NCBI GenBank assembly: GCA_964595465.1
Contig: CAZQQI010000001.1
Location: 68,952 to 132,951 of the forward strand
Origin: an uncultured Planctomycetales bacterium
GTDB taxonomy: Bacteria > Omnitrophota > Gorgyraeia > Zapsychrales > JANLHA01
Length of the DNA stretch: 64,000 nucleotides
Direction of reading: 5' to 3'
Shown: piece by piece, positions 9,480-18,174 of the stretch
Position numbering within the stretch: the stretch's first letter is position 1
Layout of the letters: each line of letters opens with the position of its first letter
Translations under genes and position numbers: made by a program
Notes under the pieces: model-generated
The model's database searches: none
Seen by the model: the letters and a program-made list of their open reading frames with translations, nothing else
What the model was told of the DNA's origin: nothing

Positions 9480-10079
9480 TTAAACCTCCTCAAAAATAAC
9501 GATCGAAAACGTTAAAACAATATGATGCCGGCGCGAATCCCGTTCATCGGCCTCAATACTTAGGCCGGAAATATTCGAAAGGATCCCGGACGACTGCATT
9601 TCAGCAAGGAAGCGGCCGAAATCATGATAAGCGGCCTTCATGGTAATACTGATCGGTAACAAAAAATACTTTCGGGTCTTATCCCGCAGGATGGGTTCGG
9701 AAAATGTCGTATCAGGCACCAACTCGCGGACGGTCACCTCCTTTTCAGCCGCCAGCTGAGATATCTCCTCTAACACCCGAGGGATCTCGGTCTTGCTGTG
9801 CACCATGTCCTGAAGGTCCCGGATCTGCAGATCCAGATTATTTTGGGCCTGTTCGAATGAATCAAAATTCGCGATGTCGGCTTCCAGCGCCTCGATCTTT
9901 TCTGCGGTCGCGATGTTCCGTTCCTTCAGCCGCGTAAGAGCCCCGACCTGAAACTGCATAAGCAAAAAATAATCCAGCAGCAAAACCAGAACGATCACTA
10001 CGACAATGATGTAGTACGGACTCTTCTCGTTCAGCTTGATGACCAGATCCTTAATTTTTTGGCGCGGGTCTTGTGCCAT
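9480..10079 (-). CDS. pilO: Type IV pilus assembly protein PilO
   Basis: Single TM, coiled coil and YHDFGRFL motif; pilMNOPQ synteny. Confidence 0.88.
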   Translation of the reverse strand: MAQDPRQKIKDLVIKLNEKSPYYIIVVVIVLVLLLDYFLLMQFQVGALTRLKERNIATAEKIEALEADIANFDSFEQAQNNLDLQIRDLQDMVHSKTEIPRVLEEISQLAAEKEVTVRELVPDTTFSEPILRDKTRKYFLLPISITMKAAYHDFGRFLAEMQSSGILSNISGLSIEADERDSRRHHIVLTFSIVIFEEV

Positions 10080-10080
10080 A

Positions 10081-10683
10081 TTATTTTGCTTCCTTTTTCA
10101 CCACTAACGCGCGGATCACAAAATCCGCGACCTGTGTTTCTCCGACCATGCGGCTTTTGATCGATTCCAATTCGATCAAACCGATATCGGCCATGAACTC
10201 TTTCTGCTCCTGAAGATTCGCTAAAAAGGTATGGGGGTTCAGCATCTCGGCCTTGTGCTTAGAAACAGAACTGCCGCGCAGAAAAAGGCGGTCGCCTTCC
10301 AGGACCAGGCCCCGCAGCCACACCCCGCGGGGGATCGCGTCGCTGATGATATTCAGTTTTTTTGCCCAAATGATATCCGTGTTGCCGGTCACTTCTCTCA
10401 GAGAAGAGATCTTCTGACGCTGGGCATCCAGACCGCGTTTGATCTTGACGACACGCTGCTGTTCGGCGCTCATAGCGTTCCAAGTCTTCTCTAATTTGGT
10501 CAGGCGGCCGTAACGCGTCCAGACCACGATCTGCAGGAGAATATGCACAAAGACCAGCAGGACCAAAAAACCGGAAACCAGACCGATCAGCAGGTCGCGG
10601 GGGATTAAAGGTCCCTTCCCGGTAAAAACAGGTGCGCGTTTTTTCTTGCGCATCTCAGGCGGCAGCAAATTGATATTGATCAT
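10081..10683 (-). CDS. pilN: Type IV pilus assembly protein PilN
   Basis: MININLLP PilM-binding motif, TM and IPRGVWL. Confidence 0.9.
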   Translation of the reverse strand: MININLLPPEMRKKKRAPVFTGKGPLIPRDLLIGLVSGFLVLLVFVHILLQIVVWTRYGRLTKLEKTWNAMSAEQQRVVKIKRGLDAQRQKISSLREVTGNTDIIWAKKLNIISDAIPRGVWLRGLVLEGDRLFLRGSSVSKHKAEMLNPHTFLANLQEQKEFMADIGLIELESIKSRMVGETQVADFVIRALVVKKEAK

Positions 10684-10703
10684 AACCAAACCCTGCTTGT
10701 GCG

Positions 10704-11777
10704 TTAACTTAAAGCCAGCCCCAGAGCGGTGGTAAACAGAACACGGTTCTGCTGCCATTCCTTCTGGTCCAATCCTTCCTGCAGGCTCATCCCCGCGAAC
10801 GGGTCCCAGAGCGCCACCGGCGTATCGAGCGCCTCCTGCAGAAAACGGTCTGCTTCCGGAAGTAAAGACCCGCCTCCGGTCAGAAACACAGCTTCCACCG
10901 GAGCATTGGCCTCGGTCACATAATAATCTAATGACAAACGAACATCCGAGATAATCTGGTTCATAACACCTTCAGCCAGATCATGAATATCCTGCGCGGA
11001 TCCGGACGCCTTGACCTTTTCCGCTTCTTCGAGCGATATCTGTTTGGCCCGCGCGATCTCCAGGGTGACCTGCTGACCGGCGGTAAACATTTCGCGGGTG
11101 AACTTGAGCTGCCCATCCTGAAAAATATTCAAGGCCGAAACGCGCTGGCCGATGTCAAATACAGCAAATATAGCAGGCGTTTTGTCTTCCACCGTCGGAG
11201 GAAGACAAGCAGCTGCATTTGCCAGCGCCACTGAATTCAGGGTCAGACAATCCGCTTGAACACCCGCTTCCTGCAGAAGTGTCAAACGTTTATCTGCGGC
11301 CTCTTTTTTCACAGCCGCCGCCATAACGCGCATTTTTTTAGTCTTTGCCTTGGGGTCAAGAATATGCGTATCCAGATAAATATCGTCGATATCAAAAGGC
11401 AGATACTTGTCCGCTTCATAGCGGAAAGATTTCTGCAGATCGTCAGCCGGCATGCGGGGAAGGTCCAGAAAACGGATCACAGTTCCCTTGCCGGACATCC
11501 CGATAACCGGAGGGCGGCAGAGCTCCGGACAGCGTCCCATCACCTCCCGGATCACTTCGGCAAAAGCGCGATCGCCGTACATCTGGCAGTCATAATGCGT
11601 AATCACCCACCCGTCTGTCTGCCGGGCAGCGGCCAAAAGTTTGCACGATACCGCGCCGATATCCAGCCCGACGGCGGAACGCACCTTGGGCTCCGGGATG
11701 AACCTCTTGACAAAATTCATGTAGGCGTCCAGCCCTCTGCGGGCTGATTCAATTTGTTGCTGACTGATAACTTGCAT
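10704..11777 (-). CDS. pilM: Type IV pilus assembly protein PilM
   Basis: Actin-like VGLDIG, FDIG, FLTGGGS and ALGLAL motifs. Confidence 0.92.
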   Translation of the reverse strand: MQVISQQQIESARRGLDAYMNFVKRFIPEPKVRSAVGLDIGAVSCKLLAAARQTDGWVITHYDCQMYGDRAFAEVIREVMGRCPELCRPPVIGMSGKGTVIRFLDLPRMPADDLQKSFRYEADKYLPFDIDDIYLDTHILDPKAKTKKMRVMAAAVKKEAADKRLTLLQEAGVQADCLTLNSVALANAAACLPPTVEDKTPAIFAVFDIGQRVSALNIFQDGQLKFTREMFTAGQQVTLEIARAKQISLEEAEKVKASGSAQDIHDLAEGVMNQIISDVRLSLDYYVTEANAPVEAVFLTGGGSLLPEADRFLQEALDTPVALWDPFAGMSLQEGLDQKEWQQNRVLFTTALGLALS

Positions 11778-11779
11778 AT

Positions 11780-12091
11780 TTAATTGACCAGAATATGGCT
11801 CTGCACAGACTGTGCAGGGTCCTGGCCCCGCGGATCAACTTCCTGCTGTAAAGATTCTTTATTTTTATCTTCAGTGTCATTGTAGAAACGGGATGACTCC
11901 CATTCCGCCGGGCGCTTTATCTGCTGTGTCTCTGAGGTGGAAGTCCTGCCTGACCGTGCCGGAGATGAGGGTTCGGGCACGCGTTCCATTTCACGCATAA
12001 TGTGAATATTCATAAAGACGACGGCCAGAACAACAGCCAAAACAGCCGTGCCGATCAATACTCCGCGATATCCTTCACCATGACAATTCAT
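11780..12091 (-). CDS. Small single-TM hypothetical protein leading pilMNOPQ
   Basis: ORF with one hydrophobic helix; SD-like AGAGGA before MNCHG. Confidence 0.55.
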   Translation of the reverse strand: MNCHGEGYRGVLIGTAVLAVVLAVVFMNIHIMREMERVPEPSSPARSGRTSTSETQQIKRPAEWESSRFYNDTEDKNKESLQQEVDPRGQDPAQSVQSHILVN

Positions 12092-12110
12092 TGCTATCCT
12101 CTTTGTGGGC

Positions 12111-12148
12111 ATTATATCATTTCTGCACTTAGATTTATACGATAAATC
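12111..12148 (-). promoter_or_regulatory. Putative extended -10 promoter with palindromic operator upstream of the pilMNOPQ unit
   Basis: Minus strand TGATATAAT; 7-bp IR GATTTAT-acg-ATAAATC at 12132-12148. Confidence 0.4.
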
Positions 12149-12164
12149 CAATAATCCCAAGGGA

Positions 12165-14024
12165 TTAGACATCGCCTTCCCGGTAAATGATCTTGTTGGT
12201 CAGATCATTGGTAAACCCGATAAAGGTCCGCATAGACGGAAAATACGGCGGCGCCACCCCGGACACCATACGATTATCATAAACAAAATTCCGCCCATAA
12301 CCCGAAACCTGCTCCCCGGTACTGCCATTGAACAATCCAAAGGCGCCGTAAAACTGAGTGATCGTTCCGCCCAGCAATGTCGCCGTACCGCGCGACCCGG
12401 CGTAATCATCATAGCCGTCCACCTGAAACACACCGTTACGGGCCATGATCACGCCGTGAATATTGATGTCATCCGGCACCCGGGTGCCGTCCGGCTTGTA
12501 TTTTGCGATACGCACATCACCGCCCCAGGCAACAATACCGAGCAGATTGGTCTTATCGTCTGCATTGGGCGGGACATAACCATCTTCTCCCAATGTGCCG
12601 ACAGCTGCATTGTAATCAGAATATTGAATATGATCCGTAATGACCGCGTCGTTTTCGCAGGAAACCGTGATCTGAGTATCCTTCTGAATGGTCCCGCCCA
12701 AACTGGTGATCGCCCCATCAACATAGATCAATGTGCCGATATCATCAACCCCGTCAGGAACCCCCTTATACGACGCGCATTGCCCGGTTTCCTGATCCTC
12801 ACCAATTTGTTCACATAAAGAATTAATGTTGGACGGATCATTCTCAGGGTTATTGGGTGTCCAGACAATAGTCCGGTTATTGACCCGGTCGACTTTGACA
12901 ACCTTCTTTTCATTTGTCTCATGAACAGTGTAATATGCCCGGTCACTGGTATCGACACCCATTTCGATCGTGGCGTCTCCCCGGACATAAATGCCGCCTG
13001 TCAATTCACTCTCACTATCGTAGGGAATATAGACACCGTTGGGGGGTGTCGACTTTTGAACCAGGGCCTGGTCGATCAGGTCTTCTTTCTGTACCGATGA
13101 AGCCAGCACGATCTCATCATATCCGCGTTCGAATGTCTCGTTAAAAACCGGCACATCGTCATTCGCGTCATTCAGGTCCCCGTCGCCGTTGGCGTCCCAG
13201 GCATCGGCGTCCCGGGCAACCGGCCAGCCGTTATTATAAAACTTCGCCTTTTTATTATGCTGAGTGACTTTGCCGTCAAAGATGCCCCCGGGATTGCGGG
13301 CGAAGCGCATGCCGTCATTGGTGTGCAGAGGCCCGGCAAAATAGGTGCTGTCGGTGAACCAGACCGACGTTCCGTCGGGCATGCGGTGATGATCGGTGAA
13401 CAGAGCATACTTGGCGAAATTATCGCGACGGACGCTCACATTGAAATCCCCTTCCAGAACAACATCCTGATCATGACCTTTGGACATGCCTGAAGCTGTG
13501 ATTTTATAATAATAGGCGAATTCCCACATATCATCCGACACCAGACGGGGTACTGCTTTTTCTGTAATATAGATATCAAATCGCAAACTCCCGTTGCCCA
13601 ATGTCTGAGCGTTCGTTAAGCTATATGTCAGTAAATTCTCATCTTCATTTATTAAAAAAACAGACTCATAGTCATTGGTTTGCGTGTCAAATTTTTTAGC
13701 CGCCCAGTAAAGGAACGTGATCCCTCCGTTGGTTTTTCCGACAGTCTGCTTGGCTTTTTTAATAACCAGCTGAGGATTCTGCCCACTGATAAAACTCATC
13801 AAGTGGGAATTGATCATTTCATCCAGCGTGTTCAGACCGCTGTCCGCCCCGGCATTGGCCAGATGCAGGGCCTCTGCTGTCCGGCGCTGATGGCTCACCA
13901 CATTCCATTCATTAACCGTGCGCAGGACAAAGATCGCCCCGAAACCCATCAGCACGGTCATGACCAGCAGGCTGAGCGCCAGAGAAAAGGCTTTTTGATC
14001 ATGTAATCGCATCCTGCACCTCAC
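12165..14024 (-). CDS. Large PilX-like minor pilin/tip protein (DUF4900-like)
   Basis: PilX-type N-terminal helix lacking E5, GPLHTN motif, beta-helix-like C-terminus ending YDNRM...PPYFP. Confidence 0.75.
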   Translation of the reverse strand: MRCRMRLHDQKAFSLALSLLVMTVLMGFGAIFVLRTVNEWNVVSHQRRTAEALHLANAGADSGLNTLDEMINSHLMSFISGQNPQLVIKKAKQTVGKTNGGITFLYWAAKKFDTQTNDYESVFLINEDENLLTYSLTNAQTLGNGSLRFDIYITEKAVPRLVSDDMWEFAYYYKITASGMSKGHDQDVVLEGDFNVSVRRDNFAKYALFTDHHRMPDGTSVWFTDSTYFAGPLHTNDGMRFARNPGGIFDGKVTQHNKKAKFYNNGWPVARDADAWDANGDGDLNDANDDVPVFNETFERGYDEIVLASSVQKEDLIDQALVQKSTPPNGVYIPYDSESELTGGIYVRGDATIEMGVDTSDRAYYTVHETNEKKVVKVDRVNNRTIVWTPNNPENDPSNINSLCEQIGEDQETGQCASYKGVPDGVDDIGTLIYVDGAITSLGGTIQKDTQITVSCENDAVITDHIQYSDYNAAVGTLGEDGYVPPNADDKTNLLGIVAWGGDVRIAKYKPDGTRVPDDINIHGVIMARNGVFQVDGYDDYAGSRGTATLLGGTITQFYGAFGLFNGSTGEQVSGYGRNFVYDNRMVSGVAPPYFPSMRTFIGFTNDLTNKIIYREGDV

Positions 14025-14027
14025 CGG

Positions 14028-14804
14028 TTAATTCCTTAAATACAGACTAGCCGTGACCTGCTCTGCGGCCCGTCTCCCGCCGTAAAGTTCCTGCTCAATA
14101 TCGACTGTGATCGTCAGGATATTCCCGTCCAGGCTGAACTGCAGGTCGGTGATCCCTGTGCCGAATTTGTCCTGACGCAAATACGTTTTGTTATCATCCG
14201 CAACCGCATCATAGACTTGCCGCAGACCCTGACCCGAGGCGCTCTTGCGGTATTGCAGATAACTGTAATCCTCCGTGTCACAGAGTCCGTCGGCATCCAT
14301 ACATGACTGATCCTCACAGCCCCAGGTCAAGGGCGCTCCCCAGACCACGTTCTCTCCCGCGCTGATATCAGACCATTCACAGACCGCGATACATGGATCG
14401 CATTCCGCGCAGTCATTGCAATCTGTGCAGGTCCCGGTATAGGAAACCGAGCAGGCCTTATCCGCACCAAAGCCGACGGCCGTATAATCTTTTTGACAAA
14501 GTGTCGTCTCCCCGGCGGAGCAGGTCACCGGGATCTTGAACTGAATAATATCCGAACCGCCGCTTCCCAACCCGTCCAATATCATAATATGTTCGCTGTC
14601 GCTCTGGCGCAATTCTTTGGCCATCCTCTCCAGGATCACCCGGGCGTTTTCCTGAACCCGCACATGGGATTCGGTGGCCAGCCAGGTCTCTTTGCCGGAA
14701 TTGAACAGCATGACTGTCCCCGCGCCCAAAAGTGCTGTGACGGTGATGACCACCATTAACTCCACCAGACTGAAACCGGATTGATCATTACGCATAATTG
14801 TCAC
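14028..14804 (-). CDS. PilW-like minor pilin with Cys-rich insert
   Basis: Prepilin site G|FSLVE, C-terminal LRN and 12 Cys. Confidence 0.8.
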   Translation of the reverse strand: MTIMRNDQSGFSLVELMVVITVTALLGAGTVMLFNSGKETWLATESHVRVQENARVILERMAKELRQSDSEHIMILDGLGSGGSDIIQFKIPVTCSAGETTLCQKDYTAVGFGADKACSVSYTGTCTDCNDCAECDPCIAVCEWSDISAGENVVWGAPLTWGCEDQSCMDADGLCDTEDYSYLQYRKSASGQGLRQVYDAVADDNKTYLRQDKFGTGITDLQFSLDGNILTITVDIEQELYGGRRAAEQVTASLYLRN

Positions 14805-15526
14805 CGTTTGAAGACCCGGGAAATTAAACTCGCCGGGGAATCCACCCGCCCGTTCCCGTTAGCATCTTCTCCCGCATCCAGAACCCCGTTAAAATTGGCA
14901 TCTTCCCCATAAACCCGTCCGTTCTTATTCCGCCAGCAGACCGAGACCTGCACCTCATAAAAATTATTATCCACGCTTTCCACATAAACAAAGCCTTTGC
15001 GGTTGGAAGACGAGACGAAATCCCCGCACGACTCGGATGAAACAGCTTCATCCTGATCAATAAAATACACCGTCGGGCAATCTACCCGGCAGACCCGCGG
15101 CTCAGCAGTAAAAGAAAATCCGTCTGTTGTCTTACTGTAATAAAATTTATAACCGCCCACGTCAAGCGCCGAACAGGATGTCGCCGTATAGCCCTGATTA
15201 TAAAGTTCTTCACAACTCGGAGGATACTCTCCCAGCGCCGTATAATAATTTTCAGCATCACCGGCCAACTCCTGTAATTTACTGCTGGGATCCGCGCACA
15301 TCGGTGAGGCCCCGGTGATATCCGACCGCACGGCCTCCATCTGCGCCTGGGCATCACGCAGACTGCGGCTCATGTTTTGAGAGATCTCCAGCATTTCCAG
15401 ACTGCGGACATAGCTCAACAGCACGCCGGTGATCACCAGACCCAGGATCGCGGTGGACACCAGGCCCTCGACCAGGGTGGCTCCGGACTTCGCTTTAAGT
15501 TTATGCTTTTTTCCGTGTCGTGTCAT
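14801..15526 (-). CDS. PilV-like minor pilin
   Basis: Prepilin site G|ATLVE, VSVCW and C-terminal DxNxNG repeats. Confidence 0.8.
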   Translation of the reverse strand: MTRHGKKHKLKAKSGATLVEGLVSTAILGLVITGVLLSYVRSLEMLEISQNMSRSLRDAQAQMEAVRSDITGASPMCADPSSKLQELAGDAENYYTALGEYPPSCEELYNQGYTATSCSALDVGGYKFYYSKTTDGFSFTAEPRVCRVDCPTVYFIDQDEAVSSESCGDFVSSSNRKGFVYVESVDNNFYEVQVSVCWRNKNGRVYGEDANFNGVLDAGEDANGNGRVDSPASLISRVFKR

Positions 15527-15539
15527 AATCTTTCCGATT

Positions 15540-15572
15540 AAAAAGGGGGCCGCCCGACATCAGCAGCCCCCC
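15540..15572 (-). terminator. Intrinsic terminator downstream of pilA
   Basis: Minus strand reads GGGGGCTGC...GCGGCCCCC-TTTTT. Confidence 0.7.
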
Positions 15573-15621
15573 GTTATTTCTATTCACATTCCACCATCAC
15601 AAATTACGTTTATCCTCAACC

Positions 15622-16047
15622 CTATTCTGGCGTACATTCTTCGTCGGTCAAAACACCGCCCTGCTCAATCGTGTACACATTGTTTCCGGTCGTGCCGCAG
15701 GTAGCCGGTTCGGCCACGAAGGTATACTCGCTGTCACTCATCGTCGCCGTGTATTCGTACCCGGAGATCGGTCCCTCCTCGCTGCTAACCCCGACATAAT
15801 CCTTATTCAGATATTCGGGGTCAGCACCCGTCATGTCTTCCATATCAGTCGGATATTGGCCGTTGTTGTCGGTAGCATAACTCTCTGCCGCGGTCGACAT
15901 AGCCCGCAATGTACTTTTTGCCAGCGCTTCGTTGGCTGACAGACGAGCCCGGAGCAGGTTCGGGATCGCGATGATGGCCAAGAGGGCGATGATCGCGACA
16001 ACGATCATGATCTCGACCAGGGTGAAACCTTTGCGATTCATTCTCAT
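15622..16047 (-). CDS. pilA: Major type IVa pilin
   Basis: MRMNRKG|FTLVEIMIVVAIIALLAIIAIP; SD AAGGAG; C-terminal Cys pair; own promoter and terminator. Confidence 0.88.
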   Translation of the reverse strand: MRMNRKGFTLVEIMIVVAIIALLAIIAIPNLLRARLSANEALAKSTLRAMSTAAESYATDNNGQYPTDMEDMTGADPEYLNKDYVGVSSEEGPISGYEYTATMSDSEYTFVAEPATCGTTGNNVYTIEQGGVLTDEECTPE

Positions 16048-16187
16048 GTTTCTTCTCCTTGTTGCGTTGGTTCCGCCGCCGGCGCCGGTCACTTCCGCGT
16101 TCAAGGAAAAGGAAAAAATACGACAGGGCATCCTTTACCGCGAAAAATCTCCTAAACCGGTGGCTCCGTTTAACTTACCTTATTTTT

Positions 16188-16215
16188 ATCGTATCACTCT
16201 GCTGGAGAGTGTCAA
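16188..16215 (-). promoter_or_regulatory. Proximal sigma70-like promoter for pilA
   Basis: TTGACA-N16-TACGAT with a TG extension. Confidence 0.55.
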
Positions 16216-16241
16216 ATGGTATTTTCAGGCTTTTCAGGCAT

Positions 16242-16272
16242 AAAAAAAACCTGTTCCACACACAGGAACAGG
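16242..16272 (-). terminator. Intrinsic terminator (riboswitch expression platform)
   Basis: CCTGTTCC-tgtgtgt-GGAACAGG followed by T8. Confidence 0.85.
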
Positions 16273-16309
16273 CACAATTTCATTACACAATAACCGAAAA
16301 ACCTCACAT

Positions 16310-16402
16310 GGCTAATGGTAACTGGCTGCCCGCCGCACACGTCGGTGAGGGCCCTGTAGCTTTGTGCCCCATCCTTTCGAATGGTTTACCTTTGACATCA
16401 CC
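16310..16402 (-). ncRNA. Cyclic di-GMP class I (GEMM-I) riboswitch aptamer
   Basis: Minus strand GGUAAA-CCAUUC-GAAA-GGAUGG-GGCACAAAGC...CAGCCAGUUACC matches the Vc2 pattern (GGCAAACCAUUCGAAAGAGUGGGACGCAAAGC...GUUACC). P1 is GGUGAUG/CAUUAGCC; equivalents of G20, A47 and C92 are present. Confidence 0.9.
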
Positions 16403-16432
16403 ACCTGATTATCCAAAGAACGATCCACTTGA

Positions 16433-16462
16433 AGTATAGAATGTCAAACAGGGGTTTGTCAA
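16433..16462 (-). promoter_or_regulatory. Sigma70-like promoter driving the riboswitch leader
   Basis: TTGACA-N18-TATACT; the -35 box overlaps the upstream gene's stop codon. Confidence 0.6.
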
Positions 16463-18174
16463 GGGCTGGCCTTTTTCTGTCCAAGACGCTCTTTGAGCGA
16501 CATCAGTTTTTTCTGCAGGCCGCGGTTTTCGTTGCGGATCACCGCCAGATACTCCTCCAGCTCGTCCTCTTCCTGACGGAAGTCCTTCACCTTGACCTGA
16601 CCGGCCTGATATTTTTTATTGATCACATCCAGCGAACCGGACAAAGCGCGTTTGCGCATCTCCATGGTCTTGATCTCTTTGCGGCCCGCGCGGGCAAACT
16701 GTTTGGCCTGCCGGCTCAATTCTTCGCGCTTTTTCTTAAGAGTGCGGCTCTTCGCTTCCAGATCCCGGACCGTCTGTTCCAGCTCACTGGCCCGTGATTT
16801 GAGCGTCTGACGTTCGTTACGGGCCAGCCTCAATTCCTGCTCGCGATCAAACACTGCCTGCTCTAACTGCTCCTGTTCCTGCCTCGCCTGCTCATACGCT
16901 GTCCGATACTGAGCAAGTAATTTTGTTAATTCCTCTTTCTGATCCCCGAATATCTTCTGCCGTTTTTGAGCTGTTTCTTCTGCGGTTCGCGCTAGACGCG
17001 CAGCTAAATCGTCGATCTGATCCTGCAGGCGCTGTTCTTTGGTCTGCAGAAGTTCAGATTCTTTCTGCTGAGCGGCCAGCTGATCTTTCATCTCGCGAGC
17101 GGCATTTGCAAGGACGTCTTTATTCTCATTAAGATCACGCAGGTCATCCTGTTTAATTAAGGCTGTGTGCTCGCTTGACATCTCTTTATCCGCCAAACGT
17201 GCCCTCTCCCGCACGACCTGCTTTTTCTCAAAAAGAAGACGGTTTTCCTCTTCAAGCAGACCCAGAAAATATTTCAGGTCCGCCTCCCGTGATTCGGCCT
17301 GGCTGATCACCATTTTTCGTTTATCCTGTATCTCTTCCTTCACCTTGCGGTATTCGACAATGACCCCCCGCAGGCGGGCAACATCTTTGCCGACATCTCC
17401 CCGGCGGTCCTTCACGGCCTGCTGAAGCCGTTGGCGGCTGCCCCGCAGGAGTTCGCGCTGAGCGCGCAGATCTTCAATACTCAACTGCAGGGCCGTAAGA
17501 CGGTCCCGCAGGATCTCATTCTGATGCAGGGCCTTTTCGTGAGATCGCATTTTCCGGGACAGCTCAACATCCAGAAGATCAACACCGCTCTGTTTGTCGC
17601 GGATTCTTGCCCGGGCGGCCTTAACCATTTCGCGCAAGCGCGCCTTTTCTTCACTATAATAGTCCAGCAGAGAATTCCGGGACCGCGACTTAACCTCCAT
17701 CTGAAGTTCTTTGATCTCCATCGCGTAATTATCGACCTTCTGCTGAAGAAGCTCCTGCTCAATATCCAGGGTCTCGGTGCGTTTGGCGAACGTCTCCCGT
17801 TCCCGGGCCAGGGCGCGCTTGCGCTCCTGAATAGAGTTCAGCTGTTTTTCACGAGTTTCCAGTTCCCGGGCCCGCAGCTTGATCATACTGCGCAATTCCA
17901 CGGCATCCTCACGCAGCTGCAGACGGGCATCACCCATCTCCCGCAAGTTTTCCCGCATAAAGAGGATCCTCTTACGGATGGATTCGTTCTTGGCAGAAAG
18001 TTTATTATTGCGGGCCAGCGCCTGGTCCATACTGGCATGCAGATCTTCCAGAGTATACTCGAGCAATTGTTCCGTATTCATTCCGTCGATCTGCGCCAGC
18101 GCAGGGACCGCAGACTGCAGGACAGCGAAAAGGATTCCGAATATTATCCATCTTGAGATCATTGTCTTCATCAT
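16459..18174 (-). CDS. Exported long coiled-coil protein in the pilus locus
   Basis: Signal peptide (…PALA|Q) followed by ~530 aa of heptad-rich E/K/R/L/Q sequence; translationally coupled to pilC. Confidence 0.8.
   Translation of the reverse strand: MMKTMISRWIIFGILFAVLQSAVPALAQIDGMNTEQLLEYTLEDLHASMDQALARNNKLSAKNESIRKRILFMRENLREMGDARLQLREDAVELRSMIKLRARELETREKQLNSIQERKRALARERETFAKRTETLDIEQELLQQKVDNYAMEIKELQMEVKSRSRNSLLDYYSEEKARLREMVKAARARIRDKQSGVDLLDVELSRKMRSHEKALHQNEILRDRLTALQLSIEDLRAQRELLRGSRQRLQQAVKDRRGDVGKDVARLRGVIVEYRKVKEEIQDKRKMVISQAESREADLKYFLGLLEEENRLLFEKKQVVRERARLADKEMSSEHTALIKQDDLRDLNENKDVLANAAREMKDQLAAQQKESELLQTKEQRLQDQIDDLAARLARTAEETAQKRQKIFGDQKEELTKLLAQYRTAYEQARQEQEQLEQAVFDREQELRLARNERQTLKSRASELEQTVRDLEAKSRTLKKKREELSRQAKQFARAGRKEIKTMEMRKRALSGSLDVINKKYQAGQVKVKDFRQEEDELEEYLAVIRNENRGLQKKLMSLKERLGQKKASP

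Noticed and set aside
16310-16402. Possibility that the riboswitch is the 3'3'-cGAMP-sensing GEMM-Ib variant
   Set aside because: The position equivalent to Vc2 nucleotide 20 is G (GGUAAA), not A.
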